Part shown: positions 18,067-27,728 of the stretch, one piece after another | Layout: every line of letters begins with the position of its first letter | How positions within the stretch are numbered: position 1 is the stretch's first letter | From: an uncultured Rhizobiaceae bacterium | Lineage (GTDB): Bacteria > Pseudomonadota > Alphaproteobacteria > Rhizobiales > Rhizobiaceae | Direction of reading: 5' to 3' | Length of the DNA stretch: 64,000 nt | Assembly (NCBI GenBank): GCA_964383325.1 | Contig: CAYLGY010000001.1 | Location: 7,230-71,229, forward strand | The notes under the pieces: generated by a model | Databases searched by the model: none | Told to the model about the DNA's origin: nothing | The model's input: the letters and a program-made list of their open reading frames with translations, nothing else | Program-made: the position numbers and the translations under genes

Positions 18067-18494
18067 AACTCGCGCTTGCCATGGCCGGCCGCGATGTCTG
18101 CCGGATCGAAGTCTGGGCGGACAAGGTGCCGTTGGTGGCGGATGCCTTGCGGCAGTTGCTGCCGGTAACCAGCATCGCCCAGCACGGAAAGATCGTCGGG
18201 GATCTTCTGTATTTCAGCCTGCCCGTGGCATTGCCGTCGCAGAACGCGCTGCCCTTGCAGGACATCTGCCGCTTGCGCCGCCGGCAGACGGGCAGCGCCG
18301 GCGGCTCGGTATGCCTTTATGGCCCGCGTCAGCAGATCTGCGTCTATTATGGCGACGACCTCGCGGACGAGCCATTCGAACTGTCGTATATTGGCGAGAT
18401 CGTGCAGGGTGCAACCGAGATGCAGCTGGCCGCGATGCAATGCTGGACCAGTCCCGGCGAGATCGTCACCCTGCGACTGCACGAAGAACCATGA
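18063..18494 (+). CDS. DUF3830-like / cyclophilin-like fold protein
   Basis: ORF 18006-18494 trimmed to MKLALAMAGRDVCRIEVWADKVPLVADALRQLLP.... The pattern resembles DUF3830 proteins from memory. Translationally coupled to the upstream gene. Confidence 0.55.
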   Translation: MKLALAMAGRDVCRIEVWADKVPLVADALRQLLPVTSIAQHGKIVGDLLYFSLPVALPSQNALPLQDICRLRRRQTGSAGGSVCLYGPRQQICVYYGDDLADEPFELSYIGEIVQGATEMQLAAMQCWTSPGEIVTLRLHEEP

Positions 18495-18536
18495 AGCTCA
18501 CGGACGAAAGAAACTGATACCGAGAGGAGAATCGAC

Positions 18537-19688
18537 ATGGGCAAGAGACTGAAATGGTTTGCCGGGCTTGGCCTCGCCGCCCTCGCTGGCGTGGCGCTGA
18601 TGCAGTCGGGCAACCGCCCGGCCATGGCCCAGGATGCGACTGCCGAGACGGTAACGTTCGGATTTTTCGGGCCGCTATCCGGTCGCTTCGGCGCCAATGG
18701 CGAGCGCTTCAAGGAGGCTATCGACCTCTTTGTCGAGCAGACGAATGCAAGCGGAGGGCTGGGCGGCCATCAGCTGATCGTGCTGCAGGAGGACGATCGC
18801 GGCGAACCGTTGCAAGCGACTGCGATTGCGCAGAAATACGTGGAGAACGAAGCAGTCGTGGCCGCCATCGGCTCGTTTACCAGCGGGGCATCGATCGCTG
18901 CCGGCGAGATCTTCGCCCAGGCAGGCTTGCCGCAGGTAAGTCCCTCCTCGTCGCATCCCGACTTCACGAAGATTTCGAAATATCAGTTCCGCATCCCCAA
19001 TACGCAGGACACGATGTCGCTGATGTATGTGAAGACGCTGAAGGAGAATGCGCCGGGCGAGCGTGTGGCGGTGATCTACTATCAGGATGACTGGGGGATC
19101 TTCGTCGGCGAGGCCACCAAGGCCGCGCTGGAGGAAGGCGGCGCCGAAGTGCCGATCCATGAAGCGATGCAGCCGGATGCGCGTGATTTCCGCCCGCTCG
19201 TGACCAAGCTGCGCCAGGCGGAAGTGGATAGCATCCTTCTTGCGAGCCATTACGGTCCGTCGGCCGTATTCCTGCAGCAATTGCGCCAGGCCGGACTGGA
19301 ACAGCCCGTCATCGGACCGGAAACCCTCTATAATCCGGAATTGCTCTCCCTCGCCGGAGAAGCTGCGAACGGTCTGGTCACCACCACCTACTTCTTCCCC
19401 GGCGACCCTGCGAAGGCTGGATTCGTGGAGGCTTACAAGGAGAAATACGGCCGTGAACCTGATCTCTGGGCCGCTTACGCCTGGGATGCCGTCGCAATCG
19501 CGGCGGAAGGGGCCCGCTCGCTGATCGAGGCAGGCCAGCCTGTTACCCGCGAGGGGCTGCGCGATGCGATCGACGCATTGCCGCCTTTCGAGGGTGTAAC
19601 CGGCGTGACCGAGTTCGTCGACGGAACGCCGGCGAAGGATCTGACGGTCCTAAAGATCGTCGATGGCGCCTATACATTGCTGAATTGA
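18537..19688 (+). CDS. Liv-type (Peripla_BP_6) ABC transporter substrate-binding protein
   Basis: Signal peptide ...ALMQSGNRPAMAQD followed by a LivK/AmiC-family-like sequence. GAGGAG RBS. Confidence 0.85.
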   Translation: MGKRLKWFAGLGLAALAGVALMQSGNRPAMAQDATAETVTFGFFGPLSGRFGANGERFKEAIDLFVEQTNASGGLGGHQLIVLQEDDRGEPLQATAIAQKYVENEAVVAAIGSFTSGASIAAGEIFAQAGLPQVSPSSSHPDFTKISKYQFRIPNTQDTMSLMYVKTLKENAPGERVAVIYYQDDWGIFVGEATKAALEEGGAEVPIHEAMQPDARDFRPLVTKLRQAEVDSILLASHYGPSAVFLQQLRQAGLEQPVIGPETLYNPELLSLAGEAANGLVTTTYFFPGDPAKAGFVEAYKEKYGREPDLWAAYAWDAVAIAAEGARSLIEAGQPVTREGLRDAIDALPPFEGVTGVTEFVDGTPAKDLTVLKIVDGAYTLLN

Positions 19689-19751
19689 TTCGAGCAGAAC
19701 CGGCGGCGGCAGCGATGCCGCCGTCCCTTTCCCGGAACCGGATGACGCGAG

Positions 19752-21632
19752 ATGGTCGAGCTGTTCCTCAGCCAGGTGGTCAACGGAGTCGTGATCGGCT
19801 TCGTCTATGCGCTGATTGCGCTCGGCTTCAGCCTGGTTTTCGGCGTCGCCAACATCATCAATTTCGCCCAGGGCGCCATGCTGACGCTCGGCGCTTTCAT
19901 GACGTTCACGATGGTCCGGCTCGGCGCCCCCATCGCGCTCGCCGTGGCAGTCGCCGTCGTGATCACGTCGCTCGCGGGCATGCTAATCGAAAGGCTGGCC
20001 CTGCGGCCGCTGCGAAACGCACCCTACATCGCGCCGCTGCTTTCGACCCTTGCCATTGCGATCATCTTCGATTCTGCGGCGGAGATCATATGGTCGGCGG
20101 AAATCCAGGCATTTCCCTCGCCGCTGTCGCGTTATGTGATCTTTGTCGGTTCGGCCTACCTGACCGGGGTCGATCTGACCATCATGGCGGTTTCCATCCT
20201 TGTCATGGCGGGTCTGATGCTGTTCCTGACGCGGAGCTGGATGGGTAATGCGCTGCGGGCGACTGCGCAGGACCCGGAAGCCGCCGCGCAGATGGGCATC
20301 AATGTCCCGCTGATGCACCAATTCTCCTTTGGACTTGCCGGGGCGCTCGGCGCGCTGGCGGGGGTGCTGATCGGCATGTACTACATGTCGGTATTTCCCC
20401 AGATGGGCATTCCCTACGGGCTGAAAGGCTTCGCCGCGGCGTTGCTCGGCGGGCTATCCTCCATTCCAGGCGCAATTGTCGGCGGGCTGCTGCTCGGCAT
20501 TCTCGAAAGTCTCGCCTCCGGCTATGTCGGCGAAGGCTATCGCGACATCATCGCCTACTCGGTTCTGCTGCTGGTCCTGATCGTCAAGCCAAGTGGCCTG
20601 TTCGGCTCGCGTTCACTTGATGCGCTCGGTGGGGCTTCCGGCGCATCAGGCGGGATCCCCACGACTTCGATCGTCGCGTCCATGGCAGGATCGACCAGCA
20701 GGTTCAGGGCGAGGCTAATCGAAGCGCCGCTGCCGGTCCTGCTGGCCGTGATCGCCGCCTTTGCGCTATTGCCGCTGGCGAGCAGCTCCGCCTATGTTCT
20801 GCAGATCGGCGTACAGTCGGCCATGTATGCGGTGCTGGCGATCAGCCTGACCCTACTGTCGGGTTCGGCGGGTGTAATGTCGATCGGCCATGCAGCATTT
20901 TTCGGGGCCGGCGCCTATGCGGCAGCGCTGGTTACCGTGCGGCTGGGCATTCCCGCAGAACTGGCTTTCCTCGCAGCCGGACTCGCGGGGGCCGTTCTGG
21001 CCACGATCTTCTACTGGCCGACGATCCGTCTGTCGGGCCATACGGTCGGCCTTGCCACGCTGGCCATCGGGCAAATCCTCTATCTCGTCTATCTGAACTG
21101 GATCGGCCTGACACGAGGCCCGATGGGCATTCCGGGGGTTCCACGGCCGGAATTGGGCCTGACCGGGACGAACATGCGCAGTCTTGTCGCGCAGTACTGG
21201 CAGATCCTCGTCGTGCTCGGCTTCGCCGTCACGGTTGCATATGCCTTGCTCAATTCGCCTATCGGGCGCGTATGGCGCGCAATCCGCGAGGATCGCCTGG
21301 CTGCGCACGTGTCGGGCGTACCGGTGCCGCGCTATCTCTCGACGGTCTTCGCCGTTTCCGGCTTTCTCGCCGGGCTGGCCGGTGCGCAATTCGCCTTTCT
21401 CCAGAATTTTGTCAGTCCGGATTCCTTCCTGATCGACACGTCGATCGTGCTGATCTCGATGATCGTGCTGGGTGGGCTCGGCAACATTACGGGTGCGATC
21501 CTTGGCGGCGTGCTGCTGGCGCTGCTGCCGGAATTGCTTCGCGAATTCGCGCAGTACCGCATGATCGCCTATGGAACGGTGCTGCTGCTGTTGTTGCGGT
21601 TCCGGCCACAAGGTCTGATGGGAACGAGATGA
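19752..21632 (+). CDS. Fused LivH-LivM branched-chain-type ABC permease
   Basis: 626 aa. The N-terminal half is LivH-like (VNGVVIGFVYALIALGFSLVFG), followed by a Gly/Ser-rich linker. The C-terminal half is LivM-like (SLTLLSGSAGVMSIGHAAFFGAGAY). Confidence 0.85.
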   Translation: MVELFLSQVVNGVVIGFVYALIALGFSLVFGVANIINFAQGAMLTLGAFMTFTMVRLGAPIALAVAVAVVITSLAGMLIERLALRPLRNAPYIAPLLSTLAIAIIFDSAAEIIWSAEIQAFPSPLSRYVIFVGSAYLTGVDLTIMAVSILVMAGLMLFLTRSWMGNALRATAQDPEAAAQMGINVPLMHQFSFGLAGALGALAGVLIGMYYMSVFPQMGIPYGLKGFAAALLGGLSSIPGAIVGGLLLGILESLASGYVGEGYRDIIAYSVLLLVLIVKPSGLFGSRSLDALGGASGASGGIPTTSIVASMAGSTSRFRARLIEAPLPVLLAVIAAFALLPLASSSAYVLQIGVQSAMYAVLAISLTLLSGSAGVMSIGHAAFFGAGAYAAALVTVRLGIPAELAFLAAGLAGAVLATIFYWPTIRLSGHTVGLATLAIGQILYLVYLNWIGLTRGPMGIPGVPRPELGLTGTNMRSLVAQYWQILVVLGFAVTVAYALLNSPIGRVWRAIREDRLAAHVSGVPVPRYLSTVFAVSGFLAGLAGAQFAFLQNFVSPDSFLIDTSIVLISMIVLGGLGNITGAILGGVLLALLPELLREFAQYRMIAYGTVLLLLLRFRPQGLMGTR

Positions 21633-22487
21633 TGGCGGAACGTCACGTCCATCCCGGTTCGTTGTCGATCCGCAAGGTGAGCCGCCGTTTTGGGGGCGTC
21701 GTCGCCGCCGATCAACTTGATTTCACCTTTCCCAAGGGCGAATTTGTCGCCGTGGTCGGCCCCAATGGCGCCGGCAAGTCGACACTGTTGCAGATGATCA
21801 GCGGCATCGTCAGGCCGCAGAGCGGCGAGATCCATCTGGGCGAGCGCCGGATCGACCGCTTGCGCCCGGAGGACATCGCCGCGCTTGGCATTGCCCGAAC
21901 CTTTCAGACCAGTCGCGTCTTCCCGATGCTTTCCATTCGCGACAGTATTCTGGTCGGCACGCAGCGGGAGGTGATCGGCGGCGGCCGTGCGCCGCGCGGC
22001 TACGGGGCACTGAGGGAAGTGGCGGCCGTTCTGCTCCGGCTGCCGGCCTATCGACGCAAGGTAGAGGCTGCGGAAGCGCGGGCGGAAGAGGTGATGCGTC
22101 TTTTCGGCGAAAGGCTGTGGCCGCGCCGAGACGACCCTTCCTTCTCCCTGAGCTATGCCAATCGGCGGCGGCTGGAGATCGCGAGGGCCCTTGTTTCCGA
22201 TCCCGACATCCTGCTGCTGGACGAGCCGGCCGCCGGCATGAATCCCACCGAGACCGACGAGTTGATCGATGTCGTCCTGCAATTGCGCAGCCGCCGGCCG
22301 GACATGACGATCGTCATGGTCGAGCACAAGCTGCAGGTGGTGCGTAAACTGGCGGAGCGTTGCATTGTCATGGCGCAGGGCGCGGCAATCGTAGACGCCG
22401 CCCCGGATGTGGCATTGGAGGATCCACGTGTCATCGAAGCCTATCTGGGCAGACGGCGCTCTGCGGCCGCCTTCGGGAGGATGGCCG

Positions 22488-22501
<14 letters not shown>
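21629..22501 (+). CDS. Liv-type ABC ATP-binding protein (LivG-like)
   Basis: ORF trimmed to MMAERHV... (overlaps the permease stop). Walker A GPNGAGKST, Walker B LLLDEPAAGMN. Confidence 0.85.
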
Positions 22502-23231
<730 letters not shown>

Positions 23232-23234
23232 GCC

Positions 23235-23846
23235 ATGGAAACCGAAATGAAACTCCGTCTGATCGATGCCGTGGCGCTGGCGGTGCGCGAGCATCGCGAC
23301 CTCTTTACCCGGCTTGACCAGGCGATTGGGGATGGCGATCATGGCGAGGCGATGCAGCGCGGCTTCGATGCCATAGTTGCAGAGCGCGAGAAGATCGCAG
23401 CACAGACGCTTCCGCAAGGCCTCGTCACGGCCGGTAAAACCCTTGTCATGACGATGGGCGGCGCGTCCGGTCCGCTTTATGGCACGTTCTTCATGGAGTT
23501 GGGCAAGGCACTCCCGGAAATGCCGGATCGCGCAAGTCTTGCAGCCGGGTTTGCACATGCGGTGGAACGCGTCGCCGCGCGAGGCAAGTCCGAACCGGGA
23601 CAGAAAACCCTGCTCGATGTGCTCTGTCCGATTGCGGAACTCCTGGGCAAGGACCCCGCGGCAGAGCCTGCACAGGTAGCGCAACTGGCGGCGGCAGCGG
23701 CTGAGGCAACCGTGCCGATGCAGGCGGTGCGCGGCAGAGCGGCCTTTCTTGGCGAGCGGTCGGTCGGCCATATGGATCCCGGCGCATGTTCCGCTGCATT
23801 GGTCATCGGCACGGTATGCCGGCTGCTGGAGGATGAAGCGGGATGA
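23235..23846 (+). CDS. dhaL: Dihydroxyacetone kinase subunit L (ADP-binding)
   Basis: The DQAIGDGDHGEAMQRGF motif is typical of the Dak2 domain. Starts 3 nt after the LivF-like stop. Confidence 0.85.
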   Translation: METEMKLRLIDAVALAVREHRDLFTRLDQAIGDGDHGEAMQRGFDAIVAEREKIAAQTLPQGLVTAGKTLVMTMGGASGPLYGTFFMELGKALPEMPDRASLAAGFAHAVERVAARGKSEPGQKTLLDVLCPIAELLGKDPAAEPAQVAQLAAAAAEATVPMQAVRGRAAFLGERSVGHMDPGACSAALVIGTVCRLLEDEAG

Positions 23847-24229
23847 ATGTTGCCATCGTCATTGTATCGCATTCGGCCAAGGTCGCGGAAGGAACCGCGG
23901 ACATGGTGCGCCAGATGGTGGGTGAAAGCGTCGCCGTGGCGCACACGGGCGGAAACGAGGCAGGTGGACTCGGGACCAGCGTTGCGCGGATCATGGCAGC
24001 AATAGACGAGGTATGGAACGAAAGCGGCGTGGCCGTTCTTGTCGACCTGGGCGGAGCGGAAAGCAATAGCGAAATGGCCATCGAGATGATGGACCCGGAG
24101 CGCGGCGCCCGGGTGGTAATCTGCAATGCTCCGATCGTCGAAGGTGCGGTGATCGCCGCCACAGAAGCTTCCGGCGGCTCATCGCTCGAAGAGGTGAAGG
24201 CGGTCGCCGAGGAACTGGCGGTACAATAG
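23843..24229 (+). CDS. dhaM: DhaM-type phosphotransferase, EIIA(Man)-like domain only
   Basis: 128 aa. N-terminal VAIVIVSHSAKVAEG (phospho-His region). Overlaps the dhaL stop. Confidence 0.8.
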   Translation: MNVAIVIVSHSAKVAEGTADMVRQMVGESVAVAHTGGNEAGGLGTSVARIMAAIDEVWNESGVAVLVDLGGAESNSEMAIEMMDPERGARVVICNAPIVEGAVIAATEASGGSSLEEVKAVAEELAVQ

Positions 24230-24241
24230 AGAGGCAGGCGA

Positions 24242-24550
24242 ATGGCGCAGGACTGGAAACGATCCTCGGTCGTGCTCACCAATGAGTCAGGGCTGCATGC
24301 GCGGCCGGCGGTCAAGCTCACTCAGCTTGCCAAGACTCACGACGGTCCGGTCGAGATCGCGCTTGCCGCTGACGGGCCATGGGTCAATGCCAAGAGCCCG
24401 GTGCAGCTCATGCGTTTCCGGGCGGCTCCGGGAAATCGCCTCCATGTGCGGGTAGCCGGAGACGGCGCACAGGCGATGGTAGACCAGATCCGGGCTCTGG
24501 CCGAGCGCGGATTCGACGAGAAGCCCGCACAGGCCGGCGGCGATGGCTGA
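24242..24550 (+). CDS. HPr-family phosphocarrier protein
   Basis: 102 aa. The NESGLHARPAVKL motif is the His-15-type phosphorylation site. Confidence 0.8.
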   Translation: MAQDWKRSSVVLTNESGLHARPAVKLTQLAKTHDGPVEIALAADGPWVNAKSPVQLMRFRAAPGNRLHVRVAGDGAQAMVDQIRALAERGFDEKPAQAGGDG

Positions 24551-26150
24551 ACGGCGTATCCGGGGCGTGGCCGCTTCTCCCGGCCTGGTTGTCGGACGGC
24601 TTCTCAGGCTCGATTCCGCCAGGACTCCAGGTGGTACCGGGGCTCTCGGACCAGAACATTTGCGCGCAGCAATCGCCGAAGCTCAGGCCTCGCTCGCGGA
24701 TCTGGCTGCAGGTCTCGAGGCGGGAGAAGCCGAAATCATCCTGACGCACATTGCTTTTCTTGAGGACGAGGAGCTGGCGCGGCCTGCATTCGAGGCCATT
24801 GCTGCCGGCGCTCCTGCCGATGCGGCCTGGCGCGATGCGCTGGATGCGGAAATTGCTGCGTATGAAGCCGCCGAGGATGCCTATTTCCGTGCGCGGGCAG
24901 CGGATTTCGCCGATGTCCGCGACCGGGTGCTTGCTGCTCTGCACGGCCAGGCCGTCGATCGGTTGGAAATTGCGACAGGCACGATCGTCCTCGCCGACGA
25001 TTTGCGCCCCTCACAATTGCTCGCGGCACGATGGGAGGCTAGCAGCGCCATTGCCCTTGCCGCAGGTAGTCCCAACAGCCATGCAGCCATGCTGGCGCGG
25101 GGACGGGGCATTGCCATGGTGGTCGGACTTGGCGATGCGGTGCTTTCTGCCGAGGGCGAAGCGCTTCTCGACGGATTCGCGGGCGAGCTGATTCTGCAAC
25201 CGGCCTCCCGCCGAAGGGAGGCAGCGCATCGTTGGCAGCAGCGCCAGGCCGAGGATGCGCAACAAGCCGAAGATCTTGCTGCCCTGCCGGCCCGAACGCG
25301 GGACGGCACCCTGATTGGCGTCGAGTTCACGCTGGCCGGACCTGACGAGATCGAAGGGCTGGATCCGGCTCGATGCGACGGGATCGGCCTGGTGCGGACG
25401 GAGCTTTTCCTCGACCGGCTTGCATTGCTGCAGGATGAAGAGCGGCAATATGCCGCCTATTCCCGCATTCTTTCCTGGGCGAACGGGCGCCCCGTGACTT
25501 TCCGTACCGTGGATGCGGGCGGCGACAAACCGATCTCGGGCTATACGCTGGAAGCTGAGGCCAATCCTTTTCTCGGCATGCGCGGCATCCGCCTGTCGCT
25601 GGCGAGACCGGAGATCTTTCGCGTTCAGTTGCGTGCCCTGGCGAGGGCTGCGGCCCGCGGCAATCTGCGAATCATGTTGCCCATGGTGACCTCGCCTGGA
25701 GAACTGGACGCCGCGCGCGAAATGCTGGCGAGCGAGATCGAGGCACTGGCGCGAAACGGAATTGCGCACGCGCTGCCGCCTCTCGGCATCATGGTGGAAG
25801 TCCCGTCCGTTGCCCTGATGCCGGAACGGTTTGCAGCGGACTTCTACTCGATCGGCTCCAACGACCTGAGTCAGTACCTGTTCGCCGCCGATCGGGGAAA
25901 TACAGCCTGCGCGCATCTTGCGCCGATGAACGATCCGGCGCTGTTGCAGCTTCTGGCCAATGTCGCTTCGCATGGTCGTGCCACTGGCCGATCCGTCAGC
26001 CTGTGCGGCGATGCCGGTGGCGATCCGGAAATGGTTCCGCACTTGCTCAAGGCAGGATTGCGCAGCCTCTCCGTTCAGCCTGGCCTGGCCAGCCGGGTGA
26101 AGACCGCCATTGCGCGAGTGCATCTTGAAGGGAGCTGCGCAGATGGTTGA
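24543..26150 (+). CDS. PEP-protein phosphotransferase (Enzyme I paralogue)
   Basis: 535 aa. N-terminal GVAASPGLVVGR; the PEP-utilising domain has GGDKPI, RPEIFRVQLRAL, MVEVPS and SIGSNDLSQY. Confidence 0.85.
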   Translation: MAERRIRGVAASPGLVVGRLLRLDSARTPGGTGALGPEHLRAAIAEAQASLADLAAGLEAGEAEIILTHIAFLEDEELARPAFEAIAAGAPADAAWRDALDAEIAAYEAAEDAYFRARAADFADVRDRVLAALHGQAVDRLEIATGTIVLADDLRPSQLLAARWEASSAIALAAGSPNSHAAMLARGRGIAMVVGLGDAVLSAEGEALLDGFAGELILQPASRRREAAHRWQQRQAEDAQQAEDLAALPARTRDGTLIGVEFTLAGPDEIEGLDPARCDGIGLVRTELFLDRLALLQDEERQYAAYSRILSWANGRPVTFRTVDAGGDKPISGYTLEAEANPFLGMRGIRLSLARPEIFRVQLRALARAAARGNLRIMLPMVTSPGELDAAREMLASEIEALARNGIAHALPPLGIMVEVPSVALMPERFAADFYSIGSNDLSQYLFAADRGNTACAHLAPMNDPALLQLLANVASHGRATGRSVSLCGDAGGDPEMVPHLLKAGLRSLSVQPGLASRVKTAIARVHLEGSCADG

Positions 26151-26565
26151 GCAGCGGACCCAACGGGCCGTTCACCGTTACAAGACCATTCTGCAGCGGG
26201 TGATCCACGCCCGCCCGTCCGGAACGCGCCAGCGGCTGGCAACGGCGCTCGGCACCAATCGTTCCTTCGTCTCGCAGATCACCAACCCGGCATACAAGGT
26301 GGCGATTCCGGCGCACCATGTCGAGACGATTCTGGAAATCTGCCGCTTTTCTCCGGCGGATCGGGCCCAGTTCCTGCGCGCTTATGACGAAGCCCATCCG
26401 AGGCAGCGCCAGGAACGGGCTATCCGTGTCCGGACCCTGGAGCTGACCGTCCCGGACCTCGGCACGATGCGCAGCAACCGGCTGGTAGACGAAGCATTGC
26501 GGGAGATGGCTCGCCACATCACACGCATCCTGCAGGATAAGAGTACGGATCAAGGGACCAGATGA
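26143..26565 (+). CDS. Hypothetical HTH-containing protein embedded in the dha operon
   Basis: ORF 26110-26565 trimmed to MVEQRTQ... (ATGGTTGA overlap with the EI stop; GAAGGGAG RBS). TRQRLATALGTNRSFVSQITNP looks like an HTH. Its stop overlaps the dhaK start. Confidence 0.5.
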   Translation: MVEQRTQRAVHRYKTILQRVIHARPSGTRQRLATALGTNRSFVSQITNPAYKVAIPAHHVETILEICRFSPADRAQFLRAYDEAHPRQRQERAIRVRTLELTVPDLGTMRSNRLVDEALREMARHITRILQDKSTDQGTR

Positions 26566-27548
26566 TGAAGAAACTGATCAATGACCCCGCAAGGGTGCTG
26601 GAAGAGAGTCTTGACGGCTTTGCAGCGGTTCATGCCGATTTCGTCGTCATGGATGAGTCACGCCGATTTTTGCGCCGGCGCAGCCTCAAGGCCGGAAAGG
26701 TGGCGCTGGTCTCCGGTGGCGGATCCGGACATGAGCCGCTGCATATCGGCTTTGTCGGTGAGGGAATGCTGGATGCAGCGGTCCCCGGCGCGGTCTTCAC
26801 CTCTCCCACCCCGGACCGGATCCTGGCCGCGATCGAGGCGACGGAGCAAGGCGTCGGTACGCTGCTGATCGTCAAGAACTATGAAGGCGACGTCATGAAT
26901 TTCGAGATGGCCGCCGAAATGGCTGCCAATGCTACGGCGCGGGTGCTGGTGGATGATGACGTGGCCGTCGACAACTCTTCCTTCTCCCTCGGTCGTCGCG
27001 GGGTAGCGGGAACCCTTGTCGTGGAAAAGATCGTGGGTGCAGCCGCCGAGCGTGGCGATTCGCTGGAGGCGCTGGCGAACCTCGGCGCGCGGGTCAACTC
27101 GGTGACGAAGTCGATGGGCGTCGCGCTGAGTTCCTGTACCGTTCCGGCCGCCGGTCAGCCGACCTTCGAGCTCGCCGAGAACGAGATCGAGATGGGCGTC
27201 GGCATTCATGGCGAACCGGGGCGCCGCCGCGCGCCCATGGCAGCAGCCGATTCCATCGTCGAGGAACTCCTGGATGCCATCCTGCCCCAGCTCGGCGCCC
27301 GACGCGGGCAGTCCTGCCTGCTGTTCATCAATGGATTCGGCGGCACGCCGGCGATGGAGCTCTATCTGGTCTTTCATAGTGCGAGACGCAGGCTGGAAGC
27401 GGAAGGGCTGACCGTAGCCCGTAGCCTTGTCGGTACCTATGTCACTTCCCTCGAGATGGCTGGATGCTCGATTAGCGTCACCCTGCTGGATGAGGAGCTG
27501 ACCGGACTATGGGATGCTCCCGTCTGTACGCCTGCGCTGCGCTGGTAG
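26562..27548 (+). CDS. dhaK: Dihydroxyacetone kinase subunit K (substrate-binding)
   Basis: 328 aa. Dak1 hallmarks VALVSGGGSGHEP and LIVKNYEGDVMNF. Confidence 0.9.
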   Translation: MMKKLINDPARVLEESLDGFAAVHADFVVMDESRRFLRRRSLKAGKVALVSGGGSGHEPLHIGFVGEGMLDAAVPGAVFTSPTPDRILAAIEATEQGVGTLLIVKNYEGDVMNFEMAAEMAANATARVLVDDDVAVDNSSFSLGRRGVAGTLVVEKIVGAAAERGDSLEALANLGARVNSVTKSMGVALSSCTVPAAGQPTFELAENEIEMGVGIHGEPGRRRAPMAAADSIVEELLDAILPQLGARRGQSCLLFINGFGGTPAMELYLVFHSARRRLEAEGLTVARSLVGTYVTSLEMAGCSISVTLLDEELTGLWDAPVCTPALRW

Positions 27549-27550
27549 AG

Positions 27551-27593
27551 CATGATCCCGGAAAGTGGTCCCCACTTTCTGGATCAGATCATG
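27551..27593. repeat. REP/RIME-like palindromic intergenic element (full copy)
   Basis: CATGATCCCGGAAAGTGG-tcc-CCACTTTCTGGATCAGATCATG: near-perfect inverted arms immediately after the dhaK stop. Confidence 0.65.
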
Positions 27594-27609
27594 CCCCACC
27601 AGGAATCCA

Positions 27610-27643
27610 CATGATCCCGGAAAGTGGTCCCCACGGATCCATG
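27610..27643. repeat. REP/RIME-like element (half copy)
   Basis: CATGATCCCGGAAAGTGGTCCCCAC is identical over 25 nt to the left arm of the copy at 27551. Confidence 0.65.
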
Positions 27644-27728
27644 CCACCACGGAACCGGATCGTGATGCCGGTTCAGCAGGCGGCATCCTCTCCAGCGCGA
27701 GGGCAGAGACGGAATTCTCCGACTGGGG

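Noticed and set aside
27551-27643. CRISPR-like array (repeated 25-nt unit)
   Set aside because: There are only two adjacent copies, the unit is itself a palindromic REP found dispersed at other loci, there is no regular spacer architecture, and there are no cas genes.
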